The notes below the pieces were generated by a model. It worked only from the letters and a program-made list of their open reading frames with translations, made no database searches and was not told the origin of the DNA. Position numbers and translations under genes: made by a program. A stretch of DNA of 63,003 nucleotides, counting the filler, from Gonapodya sp. JEL0774 (lineage: Eukaryota): the NCBI GenBank assembly GCA_027604505.1. It is 30 parts of 30 records of this genome, joined end to end, with 100 filler letters (N's around TTAATTAATTAA, not from the genome) between each part and the next. Parts side by side here need not be neighbours in the genome. Positions count along the whole stretch, not along the records: positions 48,447 to 50,443 come from JADIIX010002364.1; positions 50,544 to 52,539 come from JADIIX010002365.1; positions 52,640 to 54,635 come from JADIIX010002366.1; positions 54,736 to 56,730 come from JADIIX010002367.1; positions 56,831 to 58,823 come from JADIIX010002368.1; positions 58,924 to 60,914 come from JADIIX010002369.1; positions 61,015 to 63,003 come from JADIIX010002370.1; 23 more parts are not named here. One strand, written 5' to 3'. Numbering within the stretch: position 1 is the stretch's first letter; every line of letters starts with the position of its first letter. Shown here piece by piece: positions 48,447 to 62,174 of the stretch.

Positions 48447-50443
48447 ATCACACACAGGTTGTAGAGCATGTGCAAGTATATGGAGACAATGTAGTACGTC
48501 AGGTCTGCATCTCGCAGAATTGCACCCGAGTGTGGCTTGTCGGATGCAAGTGGGCTCATTTTCGCTGGAATAATTGGTTCTGCGAACTTTGCAGGAAGCA
48601 AAGATACCCAGTCCGCAAGTAGCACGTTTAGAATGAAGTAATCTCGCGTTTGGAATCGTTGCTGGCCATGCTGCCGCACAAGCTGAATGATCCGACTGAG
48701 AATTTGATAGAGAGTTGCTTGCTCGTAGAAACCAACAGACATCACAACGGGAGCTGTGCCTTGCGCATACAAGTTGTCGAGTCGGAGGTCCTTCTTGAGG
48801 CCATCAGACAAATGCACCCCATCGACGAGAGAACCTTTCGTGTAGACTCCTTGGGTGCTCCGCGAATCTGGACAAATTCGACCTTCAACGACCAAGCGGC
48901 GCACAGCCTTTTCCGCTGCCGAACCCGGAATTGGCTCGCCAAACTCATCAAGACTATTCCACACTTCGTCGTCCGGGTAATCTAGCAGATTCTGATGAGG
49001 AGGAATAGGATTCATGTACTTCTCGTGAAAAGCATTCAAGCAAGTACACCCACGTCCTCGAATCTCAAAAACACATCACGAGAAGCCATTGCAGAAAACG
49101 TTGTGTCACACCATATTAGCTGCCACCTGAGTTCATGAAGTAGATGTTAAAATGGTGCCAGCGAGTAAAGTGCTAATGTAACTCTTCTGACCATGAACGA
49201 ACCCGAGTTTCTCGCTCGAGTAACGTGAGTGACTTGAGAGTACTTCGACTCGGAGGCTGATGCCAGCCCATATCTGTGAGCATCTTCGCTGCGAGACCCG
49301 TGCTACTTGGAGACAAATAATGAGTGACCGTTGCGTTTCAACTGGGAAATTGGAACACTCACTACATCCAACCCGAGCTCGGCAGTCCCGTTCCCCCACA
49401 GTACGACGCCATGTTCATCAGCGATATGACAGTCATATTGGTGGGTCGATCCTCTAAGCACGCAGCCAACAATCTTCGCGATCGCGTAAAGTAGAATTCT
49501 CCCTCAGGATTTGTTCCACCTTGTCGACCCATGTCACTGCGACGGTAAACGCAAGCAAGTGCATACATAGCTTTGTACGGAAAACTTTTGTTTAAACGAT
49601 GAAAGGGAAAGTACGTTATTCACAGGACGCGACTCGCCATTGAGAAAAAGAGGCGAAATGCGTTTGAGCTTGAGATCGCGGTCTGGAGCGCGAAGGCGGC
49701 GTTAAGAGCACCGAATCACACGGTTCTCAACCACTTACAAAATTGCCCAACATGTATCGCTGGCCCAAAGTTTTCGATGTGTTCGAAGAAAATGGAGATC
49801 AGACTCATATTCGGCTCCTCATCGGGAACAATATCCATCATGATTTGGAATGTGCGGGGTGTGTTGTTGAGGCTGATCCTTGATAGTTCGTCTGCTAAGT
49901 CATCTGGATGCACTTCACCAGACCCCACTGGCTTTCCGACAGATTGCCTTTCAAATTCACGGAGAATCTCTCCATTCAAGGCTACAAGGTGGTCCGGCGG
50001 TAGGTTACTTGAGCCGAACGGATCCACTGGGCGTATTACCTGCACTCTGTCGTCTTGAAGAGAAGAAATGAGCGATTGGACGTTGCTGACCGGCGAGAAA
50101 TTAGCGTGCCGTGCCTGACCGTTGAAACGCACAGGCTCTACAACACTCGGCGGCTGTGATGGGTACAGGACTGTGTTTCCTGTCAGGGGAACGTGAATAC
50201 TGGAGAAGAAATGGTTGGCATCTCCAGGGCCAGGGAGGCGATTTGACCACTGGTCGAAGTTGAAGTGAAAGTTGCCGACGTGTTCGTCAAGGACGTTGGC
50301 AGAGTCCATCCGACTGATGACGAAAGGCTGCTGGTGCAAGCCTGGCCGAGGCTCTACTTGAAAACGGACATTGGCATTAACCATGCTGGACACCGAACTG
50401 GAGTGGACGCCTTGCAGAGGTAAAGCATGCCCCTCCGTAGTCA
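48447..50443 (-). CDS. Fungal-specific transcription factor (middle homology region), partial
   Basis: LISIFFEHIENFGPAIHVGQF, AMYALAC...GEFYFTRSRRLL. The long minus-strand ORFs are linked by introns. The Zn2Cys6 domain itself is not seen. Confidence 0.6.
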
Positions 50444-50543
50444 NNNNNNNNNNNNNNNNNNNNNNNNNNNNNNNNNNNNNNNNNNNNTTAATTAATTAAN
50501 NNNNNNNNNNNNNNNNNNNNNNNNNNNNNNNNNNNNNNNNNNN

Positions 50544-51559
50544 GAATGTTGTCCCGCTTAGCATCCACGTCTGCGGAAATAGGCGGATACCGCCTAATCA
50601 TGTTGAATGTTTAACTTTGACCACGGTTCAAAAAGCAAATATTCTTGCCGCACTCACATGAACCGCAAATGGCACCCGGAAATGTCTTCATAGTTATGCA
50701 GGTCTTCCAGGTAGTACTCAGCAAACGGCGATCCAGCAACTCGGCGCTCAGGAGGAGACGCAGAGGCGGGGATCTCTAATCCGATCGCGAGAAGTCGCAT
50801 GACCTGAAGTGCGACACGGTGGCATTCCTACGTGCAGTTCGTTAGCGAAGCCAAGGAATGTGCGCCATCGTTGAAGGTGGAGGTCAGTTATGAACGAGAA
50901 ATGCACAGGTTTTGTCGCATTGAGGTCTCACAAGCGAAAATTCTTTGATATCGTCGTAGTTACCCTTTACGACTTGCGGGTGTGGCTTTTGAAACTTGGG
51001 AATGAACTTGCCCACGTTGTAGTATTCCACAGAGTTTCCTGTTCCATCTCCCACGTAACCAGTGTAGTCACCATCAATCGCAGCGGTGGACTTGTGAGAC
51101 AGCTTCACTTCTGGAGGGATTGAATGAATTTTGGGGATCAATGAGTACATGGGATCAGGATCCGGAATACCGTGACTGAAAGAGACGAGAAAGGTGACCA
51201 GAGGCACAAGCAGAGACCTGAGAGTCCACTCACTTGACCAATATAAAGAATCCAGCTCCTGTACATGCTTCTTTGAGAGTTTTAGCATTTTCAAACCTGC
51301 GAGCCTCGAAATCTCCCTCTTTTGCACGGAGATCCACCTATCAGACGGAAATCTTTATGCGTTATCCTTGTATCGCTTGATGGTGAAGCATCCTGAAGAC
51401 GGGGGGAAACACTCACAGTGGCGAGTGGAGCCCAATTTGTGATATCAACTCCTTCAGGTCAGAATGAGAACCGAAAGGTGAGTGAGACCGGTGTTCCAAG
51501 ATCCTATCAACGGGTGTCCAGCGCATACCTTGGAGCTCTGGAATTTCCGGAACAGGCAT
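50544..51559 (-). CDS. 2-oxoglutarate/Fe(II) dioxygenase (IPNS/DIOX_N-like), 3'-partial
   Basis: WAPLAT/VDL...LKEACTGAGFFIL/..HGI, VEYYNVGKF, ECHRVALQVMRLLAIGLEIP and HLRFM/RYPP. Confidence 0.75.
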
Positions 51560-51985
51560 TTTGTGAGTTCGTTTGGTTCCGTGTGCGTGTGGAGGGAAGA
51601 GTTTTGTGATAACGGGTGAATTTCGCCGAAAGTGCCAATTCTCGCGACATCACCATCAACAGGTATTGAATTTCAAGAGAGCAATTCCAACCACCCACTG
51701 TTTTACAGTTTGATAGGAAGAATATTTGCGATTGAAGAATTGGTTCTTTCAGCTTCTGGTGGGTGGAGTTATCTCCAACAAATAACCCAGAACCAAACCC
51801 AGTTCCAATAACACTATCATTAGCACCAGAGGATCGTATTATTACGGAAAATACTACAAAGAAATGCTGTGTTTTGGCTTTGCAAGGTCTGGATGAATGC
51901 AAATCCGCCGCCAAAAATGTGATCGACATATATTAGGTAACTCTGGCAGTACGAAGGAGTTCCATTCCCTCCCGCAATCAAGTCC

Positions 51986-52539
51986 ATGGAGGAATCACGT
52001 GCGGAATTGCAGTCGCCCGTGATTGATCATAATGTAATCATTTCCTGGTCCAACCCTCGCTGCGTTTCCACCTCGCTGCTGTATGCATTCGCACAACGAC
52101 CGGACTGTGATGCACTCGACGAGCCGCTGTATGGCTCCTGGCTGAAGACGACAGCGGTGCCTAGGCCATATTTGGCCGAGGTAAGTCTACAGTATCTGTT
52201 GGTGTCATCTCTTCGGGGGCTTTATGTCGGCTACCGTCCGTTTGGGGCCACCAGGTCTGGAAGGCACAGGGAACAGATGGTCGGCAGGTCACAGACGATA
52301 TTATTTTCGGCAAGCGAGATACAGTTTTCAGATAGTGAGTCGCAGTGGATGGAATCCCGGACTGTGTATGCGACACGGACCTTCACCCATCGAGCTGACC
52401 GCGTCACATCTGCCCGCTCAAAAAAAAGTGTGAAATTGATCTCCAAGTTCAACATAGTAACACCTACCAATATCTTCGCTCGCTCCCGTCGACAATTTCT
52501 TCTGGTTCGAGACCCATACGAGGTTTTGCGGAGCTGGGC
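51986..52539 (+). CDS. Sulfotransferase-like P-loop domain protein (as in the N-domain of plant BCAT-like proteins), 3'-partial
   Basis: IISWSNPRCVSTSLLYAFAQRPDCDALDEPLYG...RPY and FLLVRDPYEVLRSW. Confidence 0.75.
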
Positions 52540-52639
52540 NNNNNNNNNNNNNNNNNNNNNNNNNNNNNNNNNNNNNNNNNNNNTTAATTAATTAANNNNN
52601 NNNNNNNNNNNNNNNNNNNNNNNNNNNNNNNNNNNNNNN

Positions 52640-54634
52640 AACAGTGTTCCAAATCTAGTACCAATCATATAAGATTCTTCGGCGGAAGGATTGGGGTTTG
52701 GTATAACATTGCCAGTCCCGAAAACCGAGGTCACACCACTGGCAAAGAGACTGCCCCATCTATCCATGAATATGAAGAGGAAGTACAGCACTCCAAAAAT
52801 GATCGCTGGTGCCTCAATGCTAAACAATAAATCGCCTCTGTTAAGTTTGTCTGCTTGGTATTTTCCTTTGAGCTTCACGATAGCCTGTCCCAAAACTGAA
52901 TCCCACTCTTTCCCAAAACGAGGTGGTTTCGCGATACCCGTTGTTTCCAAATACCAACCCATGAGGGGAGACTCTAGCTTCCACTGTTCACATCTCTCCG
53001 CCACCAGTGGATGAAGTCCCGGCAAGGTTTGATTGAGATAAGTCTCAACCTTCGAAGTGTAATATTCTCGAGCCGATCTTTCCCATAACCGAATTCGTTT
53101 TTGATATTCCAAAGAATCCTCGTCAGTCCAAGGACTGGGCTTGGGAAATTTCTTGGTGAACATGGTAGCGATTGCTGACTCTTTTGGAACCTCCAGACGT
53201 GACGGCCATTCAATAAGATTCTTTGACATCGATGTAATCTGAGGAAGAATTCGTAGTTGCACAAATATACAGTTATAAAGAAGAAGGGGGAATACCCTCA
53301 CCTTCCAGAACATGAATGCGTCCGATAGGAGAAGGGACCCGATGTAAACACCTAGCACAACTTCAGTGGAAGAATTGCGCAGAGCTGTAATCGTGATAAT
53401 AGGCGCCATGAGTAGAGCCGCTACGCCAACCATCACCGCCTGTGGCCCTTCGCTGTAATTTTGGATGGTGAGAACGATTGCTGCCCGAACGCGGTGGTTC
53501 CAATACAAACCTCAGAAAAAACAACCTTGTAGTGTCTCGAAGAAGTAGTAGCGTTCCAAAAAGAACCATGAAAACCATGAACAAGAACGCGTAGGGAATG
53601 AGGAGGAGTTCTCTGTAACCACTGATGGCTGTGAAAACCACACCAATTACGAGTGACGTGAGGAAGGAAACAATAAAAGTCATGGAGAGTTTTTGCATTA
53701 GAAGCTCATAGAATACCGGAAACGATTGAGAGTAGATATAAGCAGTGGAAGTACGTGCAACTGAAGATAAGCAGGGGTTACTGAAGTACGTGCATTTTGC
53801 ATCGAAGTTACGGTAGGATACTCACTGGAGTTGCTGAGCGCGCCCATGACGGGAAAACACACAAGCAAGGTGATTGATACGTGGTTCTCCATACTAGCAT
53901 CAAGCCGGTCTGTGTAGAAGATACCGCTTCCCAAAAATGATACCATCAGGATGTCGAGTATGACAGGATAGACGAAGATAAAGGAGTTCATGAGCTGCGT
54001 GGAGATCGGACGACATGATGACATTATGACGAGTTCGAGGCGATCGATCTCATATGCACGGAGATTGTGCAACTCACATCCTTGCCCTTCTCCACAAAGC
54101 TGAAGTCATCTTTTGAGTTACTCTCAGAACCCAATTCAATATGTTCCCTCAGCTCCTCTACTCTAGCTTCCCGACGCAGTTTGGCCGACATCGCAGGAGC
54201 CAGTTCTAAACTCGACAATTCAAACATCCCTTTCAAGCTCGACTGTGTAGTAGACATCTCCATTGCTACCGCTGCTTGATCCGTGTCAGGGAGGTAGCGA
54301 GCATTCTTCGCGCGGAGGCTCACGGAGAGTTCGTTCCACCCAATATTGCGACAGGACTTCCATAGGGACAGAAATATTGCAGCTCCAATTTGTGAAGTCG
54401 ACGGCTCGTCCAGCAAGGCACCTATGTCCAGAGCGAGACCAAAAAATCTGTCCCTCCCTCCTTTTTCCAGAATCGCTTGACCCACGCCTTGCGACAGCTC
54501 CCTTTCAAATTCCGTCACCATTCGCCACTCCTGTCGAGACATTTCCTTGAGAGTATTCTTATAATCCGCTACTTCATCCAACTCAAAAGAAGCCAGTTGC
54601 GCAATCCGCTCGTTGATGATGACAGCCAGCGCCT
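52640..54634 (-). CDS. Large multi-pass membrane protein, internal fragment, unassigned
   Basis: Four consecutive minus-strand ORFs (54024-54581, 53698-54072, 53363-53698, 52640-53508) with many hydrophobic helices fill the contig. Confidence 0.65.
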
Positions 54635-54949
54635 TNNNNNNNNNNNNNNNNNNNNNNNNNNNNNNNNNNNNNNNNNNNNTTAATTAATTAANNNNNNNNN
54701 NNNNNNNNNNNNNNNNNNNNNNNNNNNNNNNNNNNTGTGTATGGTACATATTTCAGGTCTAAGAGGCAGGATTCCAGCTCAATAGAAAAGTTCCCATCAT
54801 CACTTCCTGCATAGCCGTACTCTGCACAGAGCGAAAACGGGTTTACATACTATCCAACAGATTGTGACCCAGCAAGACAAACACAATAACTCCTCGAAAA
54901 TTAGTGGTTCAATTCCATGATGTTGATTGGTTCCCGGGGGGAGGTGGCA

Positions 54950-56730
54950 GAGATATGAGTGTTACATTTCGTGGACCCTCGAAGTACGTGCTGCTCGTTG
55001 GAGGAAACTACAGAACGAATTTGTACGCCACTAGGTAGCCAAATAATGTGGTGTCACTGAACGGCCCGTCCAAATCAAGGAAACTTGATACTCACACTCC
55101 CCTACACCCGCTGCGAAATCCCAAACTGCCACCCTCCTATCCTGACTCGCACTGACCACTTTCGTTGCATCAACTTGCACGTGAAACACCCAACTACTGT
55201 GCGCGTCCCTCACGTCCGTCGCGCACTTTCCCGATCCGAGATCCCAAATCTTGATGGACTGGTCGTACGAACCGGACACACACCGGTTCGCAGCGGGGTC
55301 TAGCGCGAGTGTGCGAACGAGGTCCGTATGGCCCGTCATGGTGCGCACGGACTCGCCGGTTCGGGCATCCCAGACACGGATTGTCCGGTCATTGCTTCCA
55401 CTGACAAGCAAGTTCTCAGAGAGGTGCACACACGCTAATCCGCGTGTGTGACCGGTGAAGTCCCGTACGAGTCGGCCAGTGGGGAGATCCCAGAGCTTGA
55501 TTGTGCAGTCACCTGAGGCGGACGCGAGGTGGTTGGCAGAGAGGGAGATGGCGTTGACCTAGTAGGAAAGGAGAGGAATGCAGGAACGTCGTATAAGCGA
55601 CGGGTGAAGTTGAAGAGTAACGCATGGGTACATTGTGGAGATGCAAAAGACGGATTGTATCCCATCTATTTACGCATTGCACCAAGGAGTCCTCCAAACA
55701 CCAATAGGCAAGCACCATTGCCATCGCTCAAAAGCTTCATACAACTCATCCAAATCAATCTCAGTGTTATGTACTCACCGCTGCATTATGCCCTTCCATG
55801 GTTCTCTTTACCACCCCTTCGTTCGGATCCCAAATCTTTATCGAGCAGTCCTTACTGCAACTCGCGACCACCCCACCCTCGTACCTCACATCCAACACGG
55901 GACTTGAGTGTCCGACCAGCCGCTTTTTGATTTCACCGGTGGAGAGCGACCACACCACCATTGTCGCGTCGCTTGACCCCGTCACGAGAGTGTCCCGGGC
56001 GGAATCATACTGAAGGCACAAAACAGACCCATCATGGCCTCGAAGTGAGCGGAGAGGGCGAAGCGTACGTGCGTCCCAGACTCGAGCTGTGCGATCACGA
56101 GATCCAGAGACCAGGAGACGTGAGTCGTGCTGGACACAGTACACTGAGTCTCCGTGGCCCGAGACGCTCCTGGGAGTGTACGCTCCCGCACGCCATGCTG
56201 CGTCGATGCGCTTGTGGGCGGTGTAGAGGGTCTGCCACTGTTGTGGTTGCGAACGTTCCTCCGGGTTGGGGAGAGGCGGATATGTGCGATGGTATGCAGC
56301 GCGCCAGACGCGATTGTCATGAACAAGAGCGTTCCAGGCTGGAGACACGAGAGAGGCAGTTGGAAGGGTCGAGGGAGGCAGGTACGTGAGGATGTGCACC
56401 GAGAGTTCGGAGGGTAACGAGGACAGGAAATCTAGTGCGGATATACAAAGTTTCGTAACTTGTATCAGTGTTCCTGAATTCAATGGGCTAAACGCATGGA
56501 ATGCGTACCTATGCGGGGAATCTCCTCTGGGTCAAAAGCAGAATCCGCTGCCGAATCAAGCTTGTCGTCGTCGTCTTCATCATAATCGCGGAAGAAGTGG
56601 CGAGGAGTAAGCGACGGAGGAGATTGACGAACTGAGGTCGAGAAAGTTGAGGACGGTGGGTCAACATCCATTGGGTCCACTATATGCAAATGGGGGTGCA
56701 AAGGTTCATGTGGATGTAGGTCCGAGGGGA
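54950..56730 (-). CDS. F-box/WD40 protein, beta-TrCP/FWD1-like
   Basis: F-box LDFLSSLPSELSVHILTYL, and WD repeats GHGDSVYCVQ...SGSRDRT, GHDGSVLCLQYD, GHNAAV, GHTRGLAC and GHTDLVR. Confidence 0.92.
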
Positions 56731-56830
56731 NNNNNNNNNNNNNNNNNNNNNNNNNNNNNNNNNNNNNNNNNNNNTTAATTAATTAANNNNNNNNNNNNNN
56801 NNNNNNNNNNNNNNNNNNNNNNNNNNNNNN

Positions 56831-58788
56831 TATATACCCCGCGACAGTTCGACTACTCAACGACCTCGTGCTGCTCTTTCTGGCGTCATATGTACTTGCA
56901 TTCACATTGGGGGTGCTGCGACTTCCGGTATTTTTCGGGTACTTGGCAGCAGGTGTGCTGCTCGGGCCGGGCGGATGGAACTGGCTCAAAGTGGGTCGAT
57001 CGCCTCCCAAGCTCACATTCGGTATCCATAAACAAAATCTCCTCGACCTTTCATTCCAGAATCTTGTTCAACTCGAAACTCTCGGACAATTCGGTGTTTC
57101 TTTCATCCTATTCGTCGTTGGACTCGAATTCACTCCCGCCCGGATCCGTTCAGTGCTTTCAGTATCGCTGTTCGGCGCATCCACTATGCTCATCATCACT
57201 GTCATGGCGTTCGTGGCCGTTGGCGTGGGTGTGCTAGGGAGTCCTGCGAGAGATGCTATCGTCGTGGCTACTGGGGTATTTTTGTCCAGTACCGCAGTAG
57301 TTCTCAAATTTCTCACAGGCGATGAGGCAGAGACCCGATATGGGCGAGCGATCGTCGGAATCTTAGTCGTACAAGACGTGATGCTCGGGCTGGTACTCGC
57401 CATAATGCCCGCGCTCGCACGTCCAGCGGGAGTGGACTTGGCGGCGGCTGTTTTCCGAACCATGTTCTCCACAGCTCTTTTTGTAGGAGCCTCGGTGGGT
57501 ATGGCGTGGCTTCCTGTGACGCGATGGATGGCCAGTGCTTCGATCAAGATTGGTGGCCGGGAGCTGTTGTTGGTGGGATCGGTTTCAATGTGTTGGGCCG
57601 CAATGAAGGTGGCTGCATGGATGGGACTGAGCTCGGAACTGGGATCGTTTGCGGCAGGGGTGGTTGTTGCGAGTTGCCAGGGAGTCATTGATGTCGGGGA
57701 GAATGCAGGACACGGTGTCCAGGGAGGAGAGAACGGGAAGCTAACTGTTGGAGAGATTACGTGAGTCGTGCTGGTATCACACGCTGGAACAACGCAACGG
57801 CCCTTGTTCTAATCTGCTTTCGCACAGCCTCCATGCCATCGAGCCCCTTCGCGATTTCTTCTCTTGCATTTTCTTCTCAGCCGTTGGTCTCCACGGCGTC
57901 AGCCCGCAATTCCTCCTCGACCAGGCGTACGTACTCGCCGCCCTGGCGATCTCAGCAGTCGCATTTAAGATGGTGGTGGCAGCCGTGGTTGTCAAAGTTG
58001 GGTTCGGATACAAGTGGAGGGAGAGTGTGGCCGTGGGCGTCGGACTGTCGAACATCTCAGAGTTTACCTTTGTCGTGGCGAGTAGAGCCAAAAGGTGTGT
58101 TGCTGTACGCTGGAATGTGATTCTCTTCGAATTTTACAGTTCCTCGGACGTGATAATTAGCGCCCAGCTAATATCTCGCGAGGTCTTCTACGTTCTCCTC
58201 GGAACAACCTCTCTGTCAATGGTTATTTCCCCTCTTTTGTGGTGGTTCATTGGCTTTGTGGGCATTCGGGATAGGTCAAAGACAGGATACCGGAGTCTGA
58301 GGCAGACGGACAGCACAACATTACCCTCAGAGGGCCCAGAGGACGCTGATATAGATGGATTCGGGAAACGTATGTACAAGCCAGTACCTGCGCGACGAGA
58401 GAACCTGTCAGCAGGAGCAGGAATTGTTGGCTCGTTCTGGACTCGCCCGGCTCAGATGTTTGCGCGGAATAATTGGCGCAGTTGGCGTGGTATGGGAGAA
58501 GCACCCCCACATGTCGAGCGACACGGAGTCAGTGAGCCCGCAGGTACTTACACGGCGGTCACGTTTGAGGATACCCACAGACGGCACTCGACGAGCCCGG
58601 TGAATGGAAAGACGGAGTTTCGTGGGGGATCAAACGATCTCCATGCGGTTGACACTGTTCAATTACAATTCCCTGAGAGTCACTCGCATGGGATAGTGAG
58701 TCCTATACTTGACGCTGGTCCCGGTGATGTGCCTCGAGGGAGGAGTGGCAGGGCCAGCGCACTGATAGATGAATACAAGTCGGACTGA
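56831..58788 (+). CDS. CPA2/Kef-type K+/H+ antiporter (KEA/TMCO3-like), 5'-partial
   Basis: GYLAAGVLLGP, LGQFGVSFILFVVGLEF, LSSTAVVLK, GILVVQD, ELGSFAAG, IEPLRDFF and ISEFTFV. Confidence 0.92.
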
Positions 58789-58923
58789 TGTTCTAATGTC
58801 GAAAGTGCATCTGTATTGTTCAANNNNNNNNNNNNNNNNNNNNNNNNNNNNNNNNNNNNNNNNNNNNTTAATTAATTAANNNNNNNNNNNNNNNNNNNNN
58901 NNNNNNNNNNNNNNNNNNNNNNN

Positions 58924-60600
58924 AATCGGAGGATAGGTTTTGGGCTGACGAGCATCAGTTGCAAAGCTGGTTTGTGGATGGTCGTAGATAAACATTGCCC
59001 ATGATCAATTGAGATCGTCAAGGACAACCATGATGAAATGATGGCACTACGACTTTGGCCACTCACCCGACACTGCGGGGAACAGCTCCTTCATAGTCAC
59101 GTCTTTCAAGTTGCATATAGCTCGAGCGGCTTCGTATACCACCATGTCAGATTTGTGGCGGAGGAGGGATTCCAGCTGGTCGTACAAAGTACGGGCACCA
59201 CTGCCCAGCGAGGTCCGGGGTAGTGCAATGCGGGTAGGTCACGAGTGAATGAATAAGTCGATATAACAGTCGCTGACGAGCTCTTACCTTCCGAGCTCCT
59301 CTTCATCCATGACCTTCGCCGTGTATCTCACCAACATACACTGTGCGTAGCTACTCCTCAGCTGTCCTTTACCATAGTTCTGCACAACCTTAATGACCGC
59401 CATCCTGTCGTGCTGTCTGATTTGATACAGCAAACACAACGCGTGGAACTGGGCCGTGGGTCCACCTTTCCCGGTGAGTGCTTCCTGCACTTCGCTCGCC
59501 CAGCGTTTCACGATTTCCTTGTTGGAGGAGAAAAGATGTAGCGCAGATACCATGGCAGCGGAGGATACGGAGGGGTTTCTGTCCACGATGGCTTGTTTGA
59601 GGAAGCGTTCGATGGATTGGAGCATGGTGGACTGAGATTGGGCACGGTAATGTTGTGCGTCACCGAGTGGTGAGTACGACAGTGACGGACACCTGCACAA
59701 ACTTGAATTGCGCGGCATCACAAAAATGTACTCACATCTGTGATTTTACACAGAGCCCTGATCGCATTCGACCTGTAGACGACCTCCTGTTTTGCATTCA
59801 TGTCCTTCGTGATGGAGTTGGTGAGGATCATGGCATCTTCGGAGATTTGGGACATTTCTTTGATGACCAAGTACACCATTTGCCTGAGGGACACCTACAA
59901 TAAAGGCCATTGTAACATTGCGGTTGGGATTAACCTCTGGGCGAGTGGTAGTCCCGTAGTACAGGACACGCAAAACGGTACCCAAGGATGCTTTCCGGTA
60001 AAGTCATAATGTCCACGACCAGTAAACGTATTCCTCTTTCCAGGGTCCTCTGAGGAACACGGCGAGTCGTCGCGTCTTGCGGGCTCCAACAGTTTTGCTC
60101 CTCACCCCCTTGCCCACACACTCACATCCGGATTCTGAAACAGCTTTGTAATCGCAAAGAAAGTTTCCGTGGCTTCCTTGGTCCCGAACGGCTCGGACTG
60201 GTAGAGCAAGAACGCGATCTTGGACAGGATCAGCCGGCACTTGCGAGGGTTGATGGGTGTCTCGTGGAAAGCACGGGCTTCTTGAAGGACCGTGGACTTG
60301 TCCAGGCTCAGAAAGACGTTGGCGTCTGGGGTTCGTGGGAGTGGCGGGAACCGGTTGAATGACCGTTGATGATCCGTGACGTGGTGGGAACACGGCAGGG
60401 AGACGGTGAAGGTGTTTTTCCCGTGACGATGTCGTTTCAATGCCGATATAAAGAATGTAATGAAAAAGTGATGATGAACGCACCAGCATCCTCGTCCTTC
60501 TTCTGCGCCAACACTGATTCCCCAGTTACATGGCAAACGTGGTGAGGAAGAGGAAGCATAAGAACGCAAGCACAACGCCACTAAGCATGTCAGGCATCGC
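58924..60600 (-). CDS. SEC21: Coatomer gamma subunit, N-terminal exons
   Basis: [28 protein letters not shown]...[25 protein letters not shown] and HDRMAV. Confidence 0.95.
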
Positions 60601-61014
60601 GGGACCTACTCTCGGAATCGTGCCGTTCGGTTGGGGGTATCGGCTCGATTTCTCTGGGTGGAAGTGCACCAAATGACGGAGCATGCCGTCCATGGGTAAT
60701 TGGCACCAAGCATGCAAAACTGCATCACACTAGAAAAGATATCCACACGACTTGGGAATATTTACATTACATTTGATTATTCGGAGCGTTTCGATCGTGT
60801 CCTCGTTCGGTTGAGTAGACGGCTCCGCCAGGGCTCGACTCCCTCGATGGAGACAGGAAACACGGGTATACATCGATATCATGGCTACACGTACACAAAT
60901 CACTACAAAAACACNNNNNNNNNNNNNNNNNNNNNNNNNNNNNNNNNNNNNNNNNNNNTTAATTAATTAANNNNNNNNNNNNNNNNNNNNNNNNNNNNNN
61001 NNNNNNNNNNNNNN

Positions 61015-61645
61015 GTGAATTCGATGTCCGGCTTCATACCGTACTCAGGACTCACCCCCCAATTGTAGCGGCTGCAAGTCCAGTCGCCACCATTATAGGT
61101 AAAGCCAATGATCCAAGGCCCCAAACTGAAGATACCGGAGCGGCTCGGTTGATCACCAGGGAGCGAAATAGAAGTAGAGCGACTGAAACTGTGCTGTAGT
61201 AGTCTCCAGCGTAACCAAAAACGATTCCAAACACGTCCACACTGGGAAATGCCAGGTTCATTGGAGTGCCGATACTGCTCGTGACTCAGTGCACTCACCC
61301 ACATCCAACAGAACCTGGAGTCACCCAGTAGTGGGCGAAAAAAAAGGCAGTACCCAAGAGATTGAAAGTGAACATCATGATCATAAGAGGGTGCAGGGTA
61401 TGTCGGAGGAAGGGCAGCCTGAGACTAAAAACCATAAGGAAGCCGCAGATTTTGGGAACGAAGTTATCATGCCATCATCGCTACCAGGTACGAGCCAGTT
61501 TGACATACCCATAGACCATGGCGTAAAACATCAACACGCTGATGTCCCCCAATGCCGATAACACAGTCGGGAAAATGAAAATGTAATTTGAAACGATGGG
61601 GATGAACACCGCGGATTGGCTGGGAAGATCGCTCGTGGCCGACAT
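61015..61645 (-). CDS. 7TM receptor-like membrane protein, copy B, 3'-partial
   Basis: MSATSD...PTVLSALGDISVLMFYAMVY/...VGC/...FGIVFGYAGDYYST, paralogous to copy A. Confidence 0.6.
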
Positions 61646-62174
61646 TGGTCGACAGCCTCCGAGCTTCTTAGGAAGCGAATCAAACCAAATGTGATGATTG
61701 AAGAATTGCGTTCAGGTAATAATTGAGCGGCACGACAGAAACCTTCCGGCCGTGGCCACGTCTCCCCAATTTGGGCATGTTTCCCATACAACAGCAACAA
61801 TGCATGCTTCGCCGAGAAATGTTCATGTGGCTGCGTATCATCGGGCGTCATTCGGAATATTGCTGTGGTTGGTAGCGCCGTCGTTCGCTGAATGGCGTTT
61901 GACCAATAGAAGGGGAAACGACTTTTACTTGGATGGCAGGGGCTTCCAACCAGGCAGGTTCCCGATTCGACAGAAGAAGGTTTTTAATTGTATGTATTAT
62001 TGCAAAGTCGTTTCAATTTTACGTATTGTAAAGTGCTGAATGCACAACCGCGGTCAAACTGTGTTTGTTCACAAATCAGTCTCATCAGAGAGACCCTCCA
62101 GGTCAACAAGAAGAAAAATCGCCGCATGGGTACACTTCGCATGATAGCACACCCACTCCATTGTCTCCGCTACT

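Noticed and set aside
57068..57688. 206-aa minus-strand ORF, and similar ones at 14891-15454 and 32660-33187
   Set aside because: These are antisense or alternate-frame shadows of well-supported genes.
2016..61014. TTAATTAATTAA recurring every ~2.1 kb, resembling a regularly spaced repeat or CRISPR-like array
   Set aside because: It is always centred in 44+44 N. It is a synthetic six-frame-stop linker between contigs.
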